Source: Methanobacteriota archaeon (GTDB lineage: Archaea > Thermoplasmatota > Thermoplasmata > SG8-5 > JAGLSY01). Taken from it: 64,000 nucleotides of DNA. Shown piece by piece: positions 50,021 through 62,300 of this stretch (its first letter is position 1; each line of letters starts with the position of its first letter). The position numbers and the translations under genes were made by a program. Below the pieces are notes generated by a model that saw nothing but the letters and a program-made list of their open reading frames with translations, was not told the origin of the DNA and did not search any database. The stretch is taken from contig JAEHCQ010000006.1 of assembly GCA_020696385.1 (NCBI GenBank), positions 96,001-160,000 of the forward strand, given 5' to 3'.

Positions 50021-53000
50021 TTACCAGTTGACTGTCCAGGTTCCGCCTACTGCGACATAGACCCAGTACGCTTCGCCACGCTGGAGGACATAATTGTCCG
50101 CCAGGGTCACGATATCGTATGGTCCAGCACCGTAGCCTTCAACCATGGATGCACCAGTTGCCAGCTTCAGATCACCTACATCGTAGGTTGAATCATCCTG
50201 TGCAGGGTAACCGACAAGATTCCAACCGGAGCTCAGAGTAATATCTGTGCTTGTTGGCTCATATCCGTCTCCAACAGACAGGAGTGCTCCTGCTGTTGTG
50301 AGTTTCACCCACATACCCATTGCGTTACTAACGCTTGGCATGTCCTGTGTGATTCCTGCTGCTGCCTGTGCTTTGTCATAGGTCTTCCAGTGGTCGACTT
50401 CAATTGGGTTGTACCAAGTGATGATCTCCCATGTGGTGTCACCATTGCCCCAGTTCGCATCATCGAGAACTGTTAGAACATCGCCGGATGCAGTTATTGG
50501 GAAGGATACGAATATCCAGTCTCCTGCTCCTGCTCCACCAGTGTCTATATCATATGGCACTGCTGGTGCTCCGCCTGGTTCCTGCACTTCATTGGTGTTT
50601 GTGTCCTCATTGGATGATGTATCAACTGCTCTAACAACATACCACCAAAGTGTGGCGTCTGCCTGGCCTCTACCCATGTCCACATAGCTTGTTGTTCCAT
50701 ATGGAACAGAACCTATTAAGGACCATGGGCCGCCTGGGTTTGCGTCACCAGATCTGTAGATGTTGTAAGACATGGTGTCTGGAGATACCGAGTCAGTCCA
50801 GCTGATTGTATTGTGGTCTGCAGGGTTTCCAGCAATAGACCAGCTGAAGCCGGCTATGTTGGAGTTTGCTGCTGCTGATCCCCAATCCAAGTGACTGCCA
50901 CCCTGACCTCCACCGGATACCGTACAATCATAGCTGACGGTCCACTGGGATGCATCAAGCTGTGTAGCTCCAAGAACTTCTGTTGTGAAGGTTGCTCTGA
51001 GTGTTCCTGGTGGGTTGGTTGCTGCTGCATATAGTTCAACAACTATTGAGTCGCCTGCATCTAATATGGTTAGAGGTGGTGTCCATGTTCCAGAGTGTAA
51101 TCCGGTAGTGGTGCCACCGCCGACAGCCGATACTGCTGTTGTCAGTTGTGTCTGTACACCGGCGCTGTTCCTCTGGTACACCCTTATTCCACCGTACACT
51201 GGCTGCCAGTTTCCGAGGGAAGGTGTCTCAATTGTTGTAGATGACTGGGTAGTTCCAAGTGAGTAGGCTGTCAATGAATTGACAGTTACTTCATTGGCCA
51301 CACCTCTGAAGAACCTCTGTTCTGTTGTCATGGAACCTGCTGGCCCATCCTGTACAACTGTAAGTCCGGTCACCGGTGTTGGTGGTGTGGTGTCAACAGT
51401 TGTGAAGGTCCAGGTAACCGATTGTGTTGATCCTGTTCCATCAGTTGCTATTGCATACCAGTTGTATACGGTTGCTGAGGTCAGTCCTATTGCACCTGTT
51501 GTGGCTGTGGCACCGCTTGCAACTCCATTCACTGTTGCGAATGGGGTTCCGCTGTCCCAGTAGAACACAACATCCATCGAATCTGATTCATAATCTGAAA
51601 CATCTACGCTGAATGCCTTGCTTACTGCTACATCAAGCTCACCATCGAATGGGTCTGGGTTCATAGGTTCGTATGGACGTCTTGGTGAATCAATGAAGAT
51701 CTGAGTCTCTGCCCAGGCTCCCCAGTTGTTTGCTGCATCCATTCCTTGTACCCAAATCTTGTGCCATCCACCAGCCCAGCCAGTAGTGTCTATTGAGGTA
51801 GTACTCTCAACAGCCTCTGCTGGTGAGTTGAATGAACCATCCATTGTGTCCATGCCAACTGGTGTTGGGTTCACATCGGTCTTGTACTGAGCATCTGCGA
51901 CATTGCTACCGCCAGTTGTCCATTCGTGTACATTACCTACGACTACGACAGTGTCACCTGGAATACAGAGAACCTTGTCTGTTGAGACATATTCTGTAAT
52001 TGGTCCAACGGTGTCCGTTGCTGATTCCCAGCCATTGTAAACATGCATGGCTATGATATCATGACCGCCTTCCTTGGTGAACTGGTTCTGTGCTATCAAC
52101 ACTGTGTTGGAGTTCTCCCATGATGCAGATCGCTGCTTGCCCTTGACAAAACTGTCTAGAGTCAAGTACTGTATCTTTGTAGCTGCTCCACCTGTGTAAT
52201 CGTCGTCATAGAACATCAGCATGTTGGTCTGACCGTATGGGTCGTACCTTATGTTTCTGTGCATGAACACGTAGATGTAGTCATCTGCTGTGTAATCCAA
52301 GTCCAGAAGGAACCTTGTTCCATAATCGTGGTCACTTGCTACAGGTCCGTATGGTCCGTATCCAGCATTTCCATTGTTCTCAAAGCTGACACCATTATCA
52401 TCGGAGTACATAACAACGACACTTCGGTCGCCATCTGTGTTCGCACCCTTGAGGTAAGCTCCATACTGCCTGTTATTGGAGGCACCCTGGTTTGCTGCTA
52501 CACCCTGTGGGAACATCATGTTATCTGGTGAATCCAGAGCCATTCTTACTGCGCTCCATGATCCATCGTAGTACTGGAATGTTGCATCCCTGTCCTGTGC
52601 TGCATCTCCACTGTCTCTCTCATAATACCAGAGAGCTATGTTACCTGCAAGGTCTGTGTATGCATGCGGGAAGAAATAGAACATACTCGCGACACCTGGA
52701 TCGATCTGCGTGAATGCAGACCAGGTAGCTCCTCCATCTGAGGATGACTTTCCAGTAGTAGATATCGATACCTGTGTAGCTGTCATCAGATCAGTACCTG
52801 AATATCCAAAGTCCTCTACAACAAGGTAGAATTGTTCTCCGTTTGGATACCATACTATGTTGACAGTTCTGTAAGTATCCCTGCCGCCACCTTCAACTCC
52901 TTCACCAAGTGCGTATGCATCTGATTCAGTCCATGATGTGTATGGGAAATCTGCATAATTCACCTTGATGTAAGAACATCTTGTATCGGCTGTACTACCA

Positions 53001-55999
53001 CCATATCCATCGGGATTCCATGCATTGTACGCTATTGCTATCCTGCCTGCATTAGGTCCATTTGAAGCCCTTGCTATTCCTAAATAGCCTGGTGTCCATG
53101 AATCCTGAGATATTGGTATTGGGGTACTCCATGTAAGACCACCATCGCTGGATAATGTGAAGTATGCCTTGTCACCGAAGTTCTCATCCTGCCTGTAGGT
53201 ACATGCAACATAATCATTACCGCCTGATTCCCAGGAGGTAAATGCTGGTGCGTCCTCGTGCACTGGCGCGTCAGCTATCTTCCACTGTGTGGGTGTCTTC
53301 TCTGTGACCACATCCACTTGGAAAGCTATAGTTGACTGTGCGATAGGTGCGGATGCATCATTGTTGGATGTTGCAGTTAGTGTAACAGTGTATGTTCCAG
53401 CTGCGACTGCTCCGACATTGATCCTTGCATATCCGTGTACCCTCTCATTGACTCCTACTGAAAGACCAGATGCTGGGAAGTAAGCTGCTGTGAAACCACC
53501 TGGGACAGATGATGTGATCGTGTAAGAATCTGCTGTTGATCCACCATTGTTAATCCAGTATGGCACAATTACGCTACCACTTGGAGCACACTTGAACACT
53601 CCTTCTCCGTATCCATCTGTTTCAGGAACCACTCTTGGTGTGTCCAGGTTCATGCTTACCTTGTAAACATTGTCTCCTGCGTTCACATCAGAAGCTGTGT
53701 TCATTCCACCAGTCATAGCAATTGACCATGGGAATGCTGCGCCAGCCTTTAGGATGATATCTATGTCCCATGTTCCTACCCTTGGCTCAGCGATGGTAAA
53801 GACCTCTACGTTGTTTATATCGTCACCGCCGTCATCGGCTGTGTCGAAGTCGTAGCTTGCCCCGCCCATCCAGGTTGGATAAGCTGCATTTGACCAGTCA
53901 CCGGCAGTTGGTACAGGGGTGGACTTTCCTTCTTTGAAAGCATTTCCTTCATACCTTGTTCCATCTGGAGCGGTAACAACCAGGTCATAGTCTGTTGACA
54001 ATGCACCTGCGGAAGTTGTGTCCCAGTGTGAGAAGGTGATCTTCAATGGTACGCTCTCATCTGTAACGACCATGTCGAATCCCATTGTTGAGTCATCTGT
54101 TGTACCTGTTGTTCCACTGGAGTGGTACCACTGCAATGTGTTTGGTGCAGGTGGACAGATCGAGTTCCTCACATTGACACGTCCCCATCCCTGATCGTTG
54201 CTTGGGTATCCGTGTCCCATGTCAACGGCTCCGTGGATAAGGAGAGTCTTCAAAAGGTTACCGTGTGGTGTGATGCCAACGACATCCACCAGGTAGTCCC
54301 TTATAAGGGCTGTGTCACCAGCTGCTGCTGGGCAAGCCATTGAGGTTCCCTGAAGTGAAGCGTAGTCACCTATGCCATCACCGTCTTCATCCATGATCGT
54401 TATCAGATCATACAAACCTGGAAGTTCGGCTTCTGCTGTGTCATCAGATTTGACAGAGTAAACAGCTGTTCCGGACTCGACAATATCTGGTTTGATCCTG
54501 TCATCGCCTGGACCTGCTGGACCTCTGCTACTGAAACTGGCCATCTGGCCGTAGTTATCAGATGAATCGAAGTCGATAGCACGCATGTTCTCTGCTGCAC
54601 CCACTGAAACTGCAAGTTTACCGTTTCCGGATCCGCTTGCTGTCAATGTCCTTGGACCGTCGTTTCCGGCGGCGAACAGAACAATGGAGTTTGCATTTGA
54701 TTCCATGAAGTTGTCTGCTGTCTGGTCATATCCTGAAGACATAGTAGCTGGTCCCCAACTGTTGGTGAAGATCCTTGCACCAAATGTATAACCTGATGAC
54801 CACTCTGTGCTGACCAAGCCAGCTCTGAAGTAGATTGTTGCCTCTGGAGCCCTACCTGCAAATCCTGCCCTGTCTGGGCGGCCTGCGGGGTTGGTTGCGG
54901 CTAACTCATTGTAAAGCCTGTCTGTAGAGCTTAGACCGAGGTATTCCTCCATCATTCCACCGTCTCCAGCAACTGTACCTGTAACGTGAGTTCCATGGTA
55001 CTCTGCATCGGATGTTGAATCTGGGTTCTCAAGCCTGTCGCCTAATGGACCCTGGATGAAATCCGCATGAGTTGAGTCTATTCCAGAATCCTGGACGTGG
55101 ACGATCTGACCCTGACCTGCTATGTCCTGTGGTAGATTGGATATGTCACGGTCCCACAGATCCCATGCCTGAGATATTCTTCCTCCTACGTTGTTAAGGA
55201 GTTTCATCTCTGGCAGGTACCATACCTGATCGACAGATTCCAGTTGTGCAACATCGGCTATCAATGAAGCGTCAACTGTACACAGTACATCACCATAGTT
55301 GGTGTCTGTAACGTCCCATGCACCGAGGCTGCTCAGTTCATTCATGATCTGTGCGGCACTAATGCCTGGGAATGGGTTGATGGTCATCTGGATAGTTCCG
55401 ACCTTTCCATTGAGTTTTGCATCTACTTTGAATGCTGGCTCGTATGGTCCGACCCACTGAACATAGTCCAGATTCTCTACATTGGCCTTCTCGGCAGAGT
55501 TCATCTTGGCGACGACTGCATTGTCGTTGATGTATCTCCTGATACCGCCTGTGTTGGACTCTATTCCATCAAACCAGACCTGATTGCCTGGTGTGACGAA
55601 CTGTACGATGTAGTTCTGTGTTCCAGTGTTCTGGAATCTTGCTGGAACATTGTATCCAGTCTCTGTGTTGAAACTGATATCCTGTTCCAGGAATTTCATC
55701 TGTGTCCTTTCCTGAAGGTCCACGACGCTCATTCTGTTTGAGAGTGCTCCTCTCTGGGAATTTGTTACTTTAACATAGGCTCCCCATTCGTTCAAGCTCA
55801 CTATTTCGGTTCCACTGTCCTGTAATTCTCTGGCTTGTTCTGGTGTATCAAAAGTCACCAGGACAAAATCTGTGGATTCTACTGCATCGACCGAATTATC
55901 GCCAAGATTTGACGCTAATATCGACCAAGACATAGAGACCATAGAGATTACAACAATCATAGAAACCACTGTTGATAATTTCTTGTTTTCATTGCCCAA
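50021..55999 (-). CDS. Large secreted S8 subtilase with Asp-box repeats, Ig/FN3-like domains and a C-terminal GWNLVGYP repeat domain
   Basis: Signal peptide and prodomain, VQDSGID, HGTHVTG, AAGNDG, SSRGP, KPD and GTSMACP all intact. SxDGGxTW repeats. TTG start after GGAGG. Confidence 0.93.
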   Translation of the reverse strand: MGNENKKLSTVVSMIVVISMVSMSWSILASNLGDNSVDAVESTDFVLVTFDTPEQARELQDSGTEIVSLNEWGAYVKVTNSQRGALSNRMSVVDLQERTQMKFLEQDISFNTETGYNVPARFQNTGTQNYIVQFVTPGNQVWFDGIESNTGGIRRYINDNAVVAKMNSAEKANVENLDYVQWVGPYEPAFKVDAKLNGKVGTIQMTINPFPGISAAQIMNELSSLGAWDVTDTNYGDVLCTVDASLIADVAQLESVDQVWYLPEMKLLNNVGGRISQAWDLWDRDISNLPQDIAGQGQIVHVQDSGIDSTHADFIQGPLGDRLENPDSTSDAEYHGTHVTGTVAGDGGMMEEYLGLSSTDRLYNELAATNPAGRPDRAGFAGRAPEATIYFRAGLVSTEWSSGYTFGARIFTNSWGPATMSSGYDQTADNFMESNANSIVLFAAGNDGPRTLTASGSGNGKLAVSVGAAENMRAIDFDSSDNYGQMASFSSRGPAGPGDDRIKPDIVESGTAVYSVKSDDTAEAELPGLYDLITIMDEDGDGIGDYASLQGTSMACPAAAGDTALIRDYLVDVVGITPHGNLLKTLLIHGAVDMGHGYPSNDQGWGRVNVRNSICPPAPNTLQWYHSSGTTGTTDDSTMGFDMVVTDESVPLKITFSHWDTTSAGALSTDYDLVVTAPDGTRYEGNAFKEGKSTPVPTAGDWSNAAYPTWMGGASYDFDTADDGGDDINNVEVFTIAEPRVGTWDIDIILKAGAAFPWSIAMTGGMNTASDVNAGDNVYKVSMNLDTPRVVPETDGYGEGVFKCAPSGSVIVPYWINNGGSTADSYTITSSVPGGFTAAYFPASGLSVGVNERVHGYARINVGAVAAGTYTVTLTATSNNDASAPIAQSTIAFQVDVVTEKTPTQWKIADAPVHEDAPAFTSWESGGNDYVACTYRQDENFGDKAYFTLSSDGGLTWSTPIPISQDSWTPGYLGIARASNGPNAGRIAIAYNAWNPDGYGGSTADTRCSYIKVNYADFPYTSWTESDAYALGEGVEGGGRDTYRTVNIVWYPNGEQFYLVVEDFGYSGTDLMTATQVSISTTGKSSSDGGATWSAFTQIDPGVASMFYFFPHAYTDLAGNIALWYYERDSGDAAQDRDATFQYYDGSWSAVRMALDSPDNMMFPQGVAANQGASNNRQYGAYLKGANTDGDRSVVVMYSDDNGVSFENNGNAGYGPYGPVASDHDYGTRFLLDLDYTADDYIYVFMHRNIRYDPYGQTNMLMFYDDDYTGGAATKIQYLTLDSFVKGKQRSASWENSNTVLIAQNQFTKEGGHDIIAMHVYNGWESATDTVGPITEYVSTDKVLCIPGDTVVVVGNVHEWTTGGSNVADAQYKTDVNPTPVGMDTMDGSFNSPAEAVESTTSIDTTGWAGGWHKIWVQGMDAANNWGAWAETQIFIDSPRRPYEPMNPDPFDGELDVAVSKAFSVDVSDYESDSMDVVFYWDSGTPFATVNGVASGATATTGAIGLTSATVYNWYAIATDGTGSTQSVTWTFTTVDTTPPTPVTGLTVVQDGPAGSMTTEQRFFRGVANEVTVNSLTAYSLGTTQSSTTIETPSLGNWQPVYGGIRVYQRNSAGVQTQLTTAVSAVGGGTTTGLHSGTWTPPLTILDAGDSIVVELYAAATNPPGTLRATFTTEVLGATQLDASQWTVSYDCTVSGGGQGGSHLDWGSAAANSNIAGFSWSIAGNPADHNTISWTDSVSPDTMSYNIYRSGDANPGGPWSLIGSVPYGTTSYVDMGRGQADATLWWYVVRAVDTSSNEDTNTNEVQEPGGAPAVPYDIDTGGAGAGDWIFVSFPITASGDVLTVLDDANWGNGDTTWEIITWYNPIEVDHWKTYDKAQAAAGITQDMPSVSNAMGMWVKLTTAGALLSVGDGYEPTSTDITLSSGWNLVGYPAQDDSTYDVGDLKLATGASMVEGYGAGPYDIVTLADNYVLQRGEAYWVYVAVGGTWTVNW

Positions 56000-56333
56000 T
56001 TTACATTCCTCCTTCCTTATATCTTATTTTAGAAGCAAAGATTTCTCCTCTTTTCCTCACTTGTTTCAGTTTGTTTAAAATCTAAGCTGTTGCTATATCC
56101 TATGATGTTTGTATTATATAAAATATTCGCAATATACTGTATGTTTAATTAGTATAAATATTATTATTAATAGGTAATAGTTGTGACAAGCTATATATTT
56201 TATTCAAAACTTCTTGATAAAGTTTTAGATTATCTGTTTGTTATCGGGGATATGCAAATTTATATAAAGGTCTAAACAATAAACATCCGTAAGACCTCTC
56301 ATATCGAGAGGAATCGAGGACGGAGGATTGTAA

Positions 56334-59300
56334 ATGCCAGTTGATAAGACAGTTAAGACAATAAGTTTACTGTTAGTTATGGCTCTTGTGCTAGGTCCAT
56401 TGGGCGGCGTAAGTGTCAAAGAAAGCTATAATGGAGTTTTAAACCCATCTACCCCAGATTCAGGTGATATTACAGATGCACCCGACATCTTAAATAAGGA
56501 TATTGCAGGCAAGAATCTGCCCAATACCCAAGCATCTTCGAAGCGTACGAACTTTGGAGATCTTACTGAGATGAATGGTGTGTATTCCACCAGTGGGATC
56601 AAGCCATCCCAGGCAGCCTGGGGTAATTGGAGTTACAGAGATGCCCATAATGTTCCAATGGTTGCGAACATGGGCTATGAGGGTGCAGGTGTATCTGTGG
56701 CTCTCGTTGATACCGGAATTGATTTCGGTAATATCAATCTGGCAGACAAGTACATGACCGTGGATGACCCCACGTCACCGTATTATGGCTGGCCAATGGC
56801 ATTTGATCCTTTGGCATTGTCATCTTACTTACAAGCTAAAGAGGTCCGAGTAGGGAATGGATGGTACGCAAATACATCCATAAATGGAACTGGTCCATTT
56901 GATGTTAACCATGAAATAAAGGTTGATGGAAAGAATGATTTCTCCCAAACAGAATTGGTTGGTAAGGACAGATATTCAGATGTCAGAGTTAATGGAACTT
57001 CTACGAAAGCAGAGTTCGATCTGAATGAATTATTCATTACAAGAGATGATACATATTGGTATGGTGGTGTCAATACTCGATATGCTGAAATGAACAGAAC
57101 TTTTGGATTTGCCCTTGACTTTGATGGGGCTGCGAGTGGTGGATTGACCGATCCTCGTGGTAATTACCTCCATTTCAAAGCATCACATTCTGCACCTGTC
57201 GAACAAGTAGCATACAGTCCAGATAATAACCTCATTGCCTCCTGTGCTGCATCTGGTACTACTGATGCGCCAACATCATCTTACAGCGTAAATTCTGTAA
57301 AGATCTGGGGTGTAGATGGTAGCCTCATTGAGACTCTACCAAGTGAGGTGAGCAATGTCTTCACAATAGCATGGTCTTCGGATGGTAGCTATTTGGCATA
57401 TCAGACATTGAAAGAGGTTATTGTCTATGAAACATCTGGCTGGACAGAAGTGTGGAGAGTGGAAACCATATCCGAATCAGACGGATATAGAGAATCCATG
57501 ACCTTCAGTCCTGATAACTCGATATTATACTTCGGAATGAAGCTACCAAGATTAGGTTTCTTGTTCATGAACAATGGGACTCACATGGCTAAAAGCATAG
57601 GTGGAAAGGCTTTTTCATTGGCTTTCAATCCGATATCTGGAGATAAGATCGCCGTCGGTCTTGGGGATGGATACGCAAAGATTCTTGATAGCACCTTCCC
57701 ATACTCTGAGATATTACAATTCAAAGACCCTATCTTAAGCAGTAATATTGAAACTGTCGCATGGAGCCCAGATGAGACCAAGATCATCACTGGCATAGGC
57801 AGCTTAGGTACAAGTATCATGCAGATATGGGATGCAAGTACTGGGGCTTGGATAGCCAATATTACCGGTGGGCATGACCCCGACTCAACTGTAAATACAA
57901 TAAAATGGCTAAGCACAGGTGAGATCATCACAGGAGCAGATGATGGTAATATGATTGTATGGGATGATACTACTTATAGCATTATTGACACAAAGGTTAG
58001 TATAAATAATGAACCAATATACTCTTTTGATATCAATGACGTCACTGGTGAATATTTCCTAGGTACAGCGGACTGTCTTGTTACAAAATTCAGCAGTGAT
58101 TGGGGTACAACAACGCCATTTGCAGCCCAGAGACCTGATGTCATGATATATATTGATTATGAGAGAGAATACTATACCTTCGGAGCCGATGGGCAGAAGT
58201 TGACGACCCGCGATCAGATATTCAATCCTGATGTTTATAAATGGGATGAATCTTCCTCCTCATGGGAATCCACCAACCTTTCTGCAATTGGAGGAGAATA
58301 CATTTACAAAGGATCTTTGGCAGGAGAGTTCACAGAGGTTGGCTTTGTCGAATGGAGCATACCAAGGAACTACAGTGATTGGCCAGGATCAAATGACCTG
58401 TATGTCAGTTCATTTATCTGTGATTGGGAACCATCCCGACCACAGGATACTATCCCAATGGATTGTAATGTCCCGTCACCTCCAACTTCTGTTTGGGTGG
58501 ATTTCACAAATACTGAGCCCGTAGGTATCAGTGCATGGGGACATTCATACATTCCTAAGACAACTGTCGATCACGCTAAAGTTACTAGTGTGAGCCCAGA
58601 TGATACTTATCACTTTGGATACCACCCAAGTAAGTCACTTACAAAAATGCTGGGTCCTGTATCTATCCTGGTTGTAGAATCAACAACATTAGGAGAATGG
58701 GATCAGGTATACATTGATATGAATACAGATTATATAATTGATGACAACGACATTGTTGTCGATATCAATAATCCTCTGGCAGTATGGGATGCCTGGAATG
58801 GCAGCCAGCCTGGTTCAGATGGATACCCTGACATATCTGGTGGTCTTCTTTACTTTATTGCAAATGGAACCAATAAATTACCGTATTCTGACAGAATGGG
58901 AGAGCTATTAGAGCTCACATGGAATGAAGACAGCCCAATGCCGATACCAGGTAATGGAGAACTTGTCGCTTTCTATGGTGAATTCGATTATGATGATCTA
59001 AATGGAGAAATAGTAACACATGGAACACAGATGGCGTCAGTTATCGCATCTGAAGGAGTAATCAATGGACAGAATGGACCTATCGAGGGTGTAAGCCCAG
59101 ATATCAAATTCCTTCCAATGTGTAATGCCCAGTATGATCTTGAGAATTCCCTGTACTTTGCAGTAGAGGGATATGATGGTATACCAAACACTGGTGATGA
59201 AGCAAACATAGTATCAACGGGCCAGTATTCATCTGGCTATGACAATGGTTTGGATTCAACTTCAAGTGTTATTGAATCACTTGTAAACTATACCAACTCA

Positions 59301-62300
59301 AATGTTACTTTCATTGCCCCATCTGGAAATGATGGAAGTGGCTATGGAACTATAGCCTCACCTTGCGGACCAAGCACTCTTGTTGTTGGTTTTGCTGAGG
59401 ACAATACATTTGTTTCTGGCGGAGGAGATGTTCATCATTATGGATCAGTTGGAGAAGCATCATCACGAGGGCCAACTGCTACTGGTCTGATTAAACCGGA
59501 CATCATAGCTCTTGGCAGTGGTGAAACCGATATGCCTATTGGTTTCAGTGGATCATTTATTGGTACAGATGGATCAAAGGAGTTCTGGACGTGGACATCA
59601 TCAAGTGAGTTTGCAACCGCAACTGCAACTGGCGTGATGGCTCTTATATACCAAGCTTACGAAGATACCTATGGAAATTACCCAACTATTGAGACCGCCA
59701 TGAGCCTGATTAAATCATCCGGTAGGGATCTTGGACACGATCCGTACACACAGGGAAGTGGATTCATTGATGCTTATACCGCAATACTGGCTGCAACAGG
59801 AGCTACAGGTTTGACAATGGATGTTCCGGATTCAACATTTGGAGATTCATATGGGTCAAGCTACACAGGATTCATAGATGTTATGGATCGCGGAGATTCC
59901 GCTGAATTGTCTATAGACATCGAGAACCTTGGAAGTGGCACAGAGGATGTTGTATACTCTATGGAATATCTTAGAAGAATAGATGTCTCTGAGTTTAATA
60001 TCACAATGGCAACAGGAACTTCTGAATTTGAAGGTGAATTGTCTAGTTACATACCATTGGAAGCCCAGGTCATTAAAGTTGTTGCTCAAACACCATATGT
60101 CGGGTTCAGCATAGGATATGGAGATTATTCAATAACACTATGGGATTGGGAAGATGCCCAGGGCCCAGGTGAGACAAATTATGGTATTATAGATGATTCT
60201 GATGACATAAGCTATCTCATATCCACTCATCAAGAATCGGTTAACTCACTTGTTTGTACCTATGCATTACCCTATGGAGGACTTGCAGGTAAGCTTATTA
60301 TGGATATTATCCCATCAAATGATGTCGGAGCTCTTTTAGATAGGAACTGGACAATAACTGTAGAATCCTTTGCACTTGGAGAATGGGACTGGTTGGAGAT
60401 GTCTAAATCAACCGATGCAATACCTACTGGTGGCACAAGCACATTGGATCTTACCATGACTATTCCGGACAATGCATTGCCTGGAACATATGGAGCATCT
60501 ATAGTTGCATCATATGATGAAATAGCAGGTAGTTTCAATGATGTGTATGGCCCGACCTTAGAAGGAGATACAAGCTACTTGGATGTTGATCTTGATACAA
60601 CACATTGGGATGATGGAGCTATTGGTAACTACTGGGATGATTATGGCGGAGCGGGAACATATGCTCTACCTGATGGAGACAATGCAGATAGGTTCCCACA
60701 GATGACACCATTTAGATCCACATACACAGCCCATAATCCGATTGCGATAAATGGCAATGGAGGTTTCTCTTCTGTTGCAAACAGTGGAGCTGGAACTGCC
60801 ATGAACCCATGGGTCATAGAAGGCTATGAGATCGATGGAACAGCTTTCTCACAGGCAGGTATCAGTATCGAGAACACGGATGCCTATTTCATCGTCAGAA
60901 ACTGTTACATCCACGATGCACAGGGCAGTGCAGGAGTATACCTTGATAATGTTGAGAATGGTGCATTCATAAGCAATAATGTATCAGCCAATGCCCAGCA
61001 AGGTTTCTATGTCACTAATTCCGACAATTTGTATATAGCAGATAATGATATCATGGATAATTTAGCAGATGGAATAGACCTGAGTGTATCTGAATATGTC
61101 ACTATTGCTTACAATGATATATTCAATAATGCAGGTAATGGCTTTGCATCAATTGCTATAAATATGAATGATGATAATTATTGTAATATTATAGGTAACT
61201 ATATGGTAGGTAGACCACTGGATGCTGGCTTTGGATGTACCCTTGGCTTGTATACATCACACTACAATGTGATCTCGGGCAATAACATGACTGACGAAGA
61301 CCAGCTAATTGATGCATGGAGTGCTACCAACAATGAGGTCACTTACAACACCTTTGTAAGGGCAAATGAATTCACAGCTGTGGCATTCTGGACAGCCGCA
61401 TCAAACAACAATGATATACACCACAATGCATTCTACGACATTGACATATCTGGCTGGCCTAATGCAGAAGCTTATGATGATGATGCATCAAACAACTGGG
61501 ATGATGGAGCTGAAGGAAACTTCTGGGACATCTACACAGGCCCAGATGCAGATGTTAACGGAATTGTGGATGCACCATTTGCAATTGGTGGAGGTGTTAA
61601 CCAGGATAATTTCCCATTGGTCACACCAAACACAGATATGCAAGGTTATCTACCTGCACATGCACCGATAGTCATCGATGGTGATGCAGACTTTACAGCA
61701 CCAAACGGCGTGGTTAGCGGAACTGGAACCTCAGCAGACCCATACATTATCGAAGGGTGGTCAATAGTCGGGCCTGGAAACGCGATTCAAATAATGAACA
61801 CAACTGAGTACTACGTTATCAAGAACTGTCAGCTGATTGGCAATGGAACTGACTTCGGTATCTTCATCACAAACTCAACAAATGGAGTAGTGAGGTTCAA
61901 TGATATATCTGGATTCAATGCTGGAATCGGCATAGGATCCACAGACATATCTGTGTCCCACAATATGTTATACTCTAACATAGTAGGTGTAACATTGGGA
62001 ATGTCCACAGATGTCACATTGGAACACAATGTTGTAGATGCTGGTATGTTTGGATTCTATGTGTCTATGTCTGAGGACTGCTATATTATGAACAATGATA
62101 TCAGTGGTAGCGCAGTTTATGGGATACAGCTGAACAGTTCAAGCGGTATCAACTATGTGTACTACAACAATCTGATGTCAAACACAGGCCAGGCTTTCGA
62201 TGATACACTTGGAGACACAGTAGATGACTTCGAGCTATTCGCAGCCCATGGTGTTCCAGCAGACCTCATTGATGTATATGATGTGGCCTGGTGCAATATC

